Shown: piece after piece, positions 47,473 through 50,632 of the stretch
Layout of the letters: each line of letters opens with the position of its first letter
Position numbering within the stretch: the stretch's first letter is position 1
Source of the DNA: Chiloscyllium plagiosum
Taxonomy: Eukaryota
Direction: 5' to 3'
DNA: 50,632 nucleotides
NCBI RefSeq assembly: GCF_004010195.1
Contig: NC_057719.1
Coordinates: forward strand, 62,320,796 to 62,371,427
Translations under genes and position numbers: made by a program
Notes under the pieces: generated by a model
What the model was told of the DNA's origin: nothing
The model's input: the letters and a program-made list of their open reading frames with translations, nothing else
Databases searched by the model: none

Positions 47473-49221
47473 CCTTCCCTTCGATTTGCTCTTCCTCTCA
47501 GTGTTTGAGTGTAATGGGGCTCTCTGTTTCTCTGGTGTTAATTGCTGACCCTTATCTTTCCCTGATACTTCTGCCAGACGTTTGTTTTGCCGTGTTACTA
47601 ATGGTGTCTGCCTCTTTATCCCCCTCTTCTATCCAACCTTGTTGGCACCTCAAATACCTAATCCAAATTTTACTGTGCTTCCAGCAACCATAAAGGTGGC
47701 ATTTCTGATATGCCAGAGCTCTGTGCTCTTGGCTTCATTAATACACGCATTGATGTGTCTCTACATATGCGAAATGCAGTTTGCAAATCTCTCTCATTTA
47801 CAGTGAATTAAAAAGACTTCTCAATTGGTGTAATTACATTAAACAAGATTCAATAATTTGAGCACACACTAGGATTGGTTTCCCTGTGTGTCCATACCAA
47901 TCTACAGATTATTATTCGCCAATAAATATTCAGATTAATTGCTGCTATTCATTGTGGTTGAATGGTTGCACATTTACTGGGCCACTTTTCACACCAGTTG
48001 ACGCTCAGCTAATTTATTTCCCAATATAATCACAGCATGACACAGCTGAACCAAGAAAGAGAACCCATCATTTGCACTTTGCTCTGACTGTTGCTCCATT
48101 AACGGGACAGTGCAGCTGGGGTGGGAGGGGGGGTGGGAGGGAGAGGGGGTAGGTTTCTGATCTGCTCTGAGTTGACCATTGTCATTAAAGCAAGAGTTTA
48201 TAGTTATACAGCTCTGTGGCTACAGAAAAAAAACACAAATTGCTTCACAATGGCATGTTCAAATGAAAGAATGCTGCACAATGGCAGGGTAGGGTCACCA
48301 GAATTTTAAGAAATGTTGTTGATGCACTGTACAAGCACTGTGGATGGAGCTTGAGATGGTTACAGATTGGAAGCTTGCATGATACTGGTGTGTTACAATA
48401 ATAATCTACAAATGACTGCACAAATTCGCCCAGTGATATGCAACATGCAGCCACTGATGAATAGCATGTCAATATTTGATCTATTTGTGTGGTATTCTTT
48501 TATCCACTATTCTAATAGTTGCAGTGTTCTGTTTCATTTAAATAATTTAGATTGGTAATATCTTTATGCAGCATGTCTCCACTGTCTATTTTAATTGTTA
48601 ACTTGTTAAACATTCCTGTATGACTATGGCATGTAATAGCTTCTGGGCTCATACCATTCATTCATGGCCCTAGCACTGGCTGTCTCTTCTATCCCCACAT
48701 CTCTGAATGTGGGGCATGCAATTTTAAATTTTATGAGCCTCGCCATCTGTTTTGACTGTACTGTTGCATAACAAAAAAAAATTGAATTAAATGAAAGCTT
48801 TATGGAAAATGTGGCCCAGTAGATTCCCAAGGACACCTGTGTGGCACTCCCTACTGGTGGTGGAATGGCTCAGTTTATAGTTTAGGCTGGCTCATCTGCA
48901 AGAGGAAGGAAATAATGTGATCACCTCAAAGTCCCTCTGCCCCATACCCTTTGCCTCCCAGTGTTTTCAATGTGACCCTTAACAGTTCAAGTTAAGTGTT
49001 GGTGTTGGAGGTCAGAATTGGAAAAATACACACGCTTCAATGCATAGCAGGAATAGAGCATTCCTCATGATCCTGACCCAGGAGAGAGAAAGAAAAACCG
49101 TTTCACTGAAAGGGTGAACCAAGTTGCCATTCAGCATGTTACGCTAGTTAGTAACAATTGATTGCAGTTACCTGGCAGTTTTGGGCCTTTCCCACTTGGA
49201 AACAGTTAATAATGGTTGCTG

Positions 49222-49329
49222 TCAAGATTAGAGTGGTGCTGGAAATGCACAGCAGGTCAGGCAGCATCCAAGGAGCAGGAGAATGGATGTTTCGGGCAGG
49301 AGCCCTTCATCAAGAAAGGCTCCTGCCTG
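49222..49329 (-). mobile_element. Penelope pLTR insertion with a very short inverted second arm
   Basis: Minus arm with TTGATGAAGGGCTCCTGCCCGAAACATC; partial inverted aaggctcctgcctg. Exact 13-bp TSD ataatggttgctg at 49209-49221 and 49330-49342. Confidence 0.8.
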
Positions 49330-50295
49330 ATAATGGTTGCTGATTAGTTAGCTATTACCAATTGGAAAGAATTATCGCTTTTCCAGTCAAAGGAATGGTT
49401 GTGACCTGTTGTTTTGCTCATTACATTTGAACCTAATGGAACCCACCACTACTGTGTTAAGGCCTTGGCGATTAGCTGGACAATGTGTGCCGTTATGACA
49501 AACTAGAAACATGAAAGTGATACTCACTGCATGTAAGTTTCAAACCTTTATTTGGGAAAGGCATGTAAACTGCATGTTGTTTAAGTCATTTCAGTCGACA
49601 CTTCCTACTGAATGAGCCGAAAAGCATTCAAGAAAAATGTCTTGTTGCAGTCCTCTCTTTGTTGGTGATGTAGTTATTCGTCATCATTCCCTCTTAATGT
49701 CCCGAACTGTGCTCTTAGCTGACAGGTGGTGGTGAATGAAGCACACTCATGGGTGGAGAAAAGGATTAGATTGCCACAGAATTCATCCAGAAAATTAAAG
49801 TGCTCTAATTGAATTGCAGCACAGTCCAAAGTAAATCTGTCTTTCAATTGCTCTCCAAGTCCCCTTTTTTATATTCCTCCACAATTTTCTGGAGAGAAAA
49901 TACAATAAAACAAAAGTGAAGTCCTTAAGTGCCCAGTAACTAATTACTTCAAAAGCTTTAATGAATTGTTGATTGCAGATTGAAATCTATTTCTGTGTCT
50001 CTGAGAGCAGCTATGCTGCATCTAACAGGCCTTTTGCTTCAAGCCTCACCTCACCTCACCTCTGCTTCCCATTACCAAAGGCCAGCCAGCATACAGCAGT
50101 GCTGGGAGCTCCCGTTTTATGCTGGAGCCTTCAGGAATGGGTGCCAAGAATATACTTCCCTATTGAGCTGAAAGTGGGAGGCCTCTATGGTTAGTGTCAC
50201 CTTTGTGGCACCAAAAAAGGTCAGTGTCCAAGTTCTTAGCTCTGCCTGGCCACTACTATTGCTAGCTTTCATGACTCACTCACTCTCTCCCTCGC

Positions 50296-50525
50296 TCTCT
50301 CGTGCTGTCTTTCCCACCAGCCTCTGCTGGCATCCCTGACCTTTTACTCTGGATCAGTTCTGCCTCTTTCCAGGAGGTCTTCATATTGCTGTCTGATCTG
50401 CCTGCTGTTTTCTCTCGTGCTGTCTTTCCCACCAGCCTCTGCTGGCATCCCTGACCTTTTACTCTGGATCAGTTCTGCCTCTTTCCAGGAGGTCTTCATA
50501 TTGCTGTCTGATCTGCCTGCTGTTT
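50296..50525. repeat. Perfect 115-bp tandem duplication
   Basis: 50296-50410 is repeated at 50411-50525. Confidence 0.9.
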
Positions 50526-50529
50526 TTTT

Positions 50530-50573
50530 GCTCTCTCTCCCCCCCCCGCGCTCTCTCCCCCCCCCGCGCTCTC

Positions 50574-50632
<59 letters not shown>
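50530..50632. repeat. Low-complexity (gctctctc-Cn) repeats and poly-C
   Basis: Direct reading. Confidence 0.95.

Overview
Eukaryotic, repeat-rich vertebrate DNA. The HE1/V-SINE, CR1 (HER1-like), DeuSINE-like and Penelope content points to a shark or other elasmobranch (inferred). No intact cellular ORF is present. The window looks like large introns of a + strand gene, with at most a few short candidate exons (923-965, 13948-13995/14004, 42041-42083). Main contents: (1) a complete but decayed Gmr1-type Gypsy LTR retrotransposon (16591-24260; gag-PR-IN-RT-RH order) carrying three nested insertions with target-site duplications (TSDs); (2) two long CR1 LINE remnants and many shorter CR1, L2 and RTE fragments; (3) HE1-type and other tRNA-derived SINEs; (4) about a dozen Penelope-derived insertions. 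Most of the Penelope insertions are 90-350 bp and carry minimal hammerhead-ribozyme motifs. Several are fold-back palindromes whose inversion point lies at the 5' edge of the ribozyme core, flanked by 8-16 bp TSDs. This hammerhead palindrome family is the most striking pattern in the window. All calls come from manual reading of the sequence; no searches were run.
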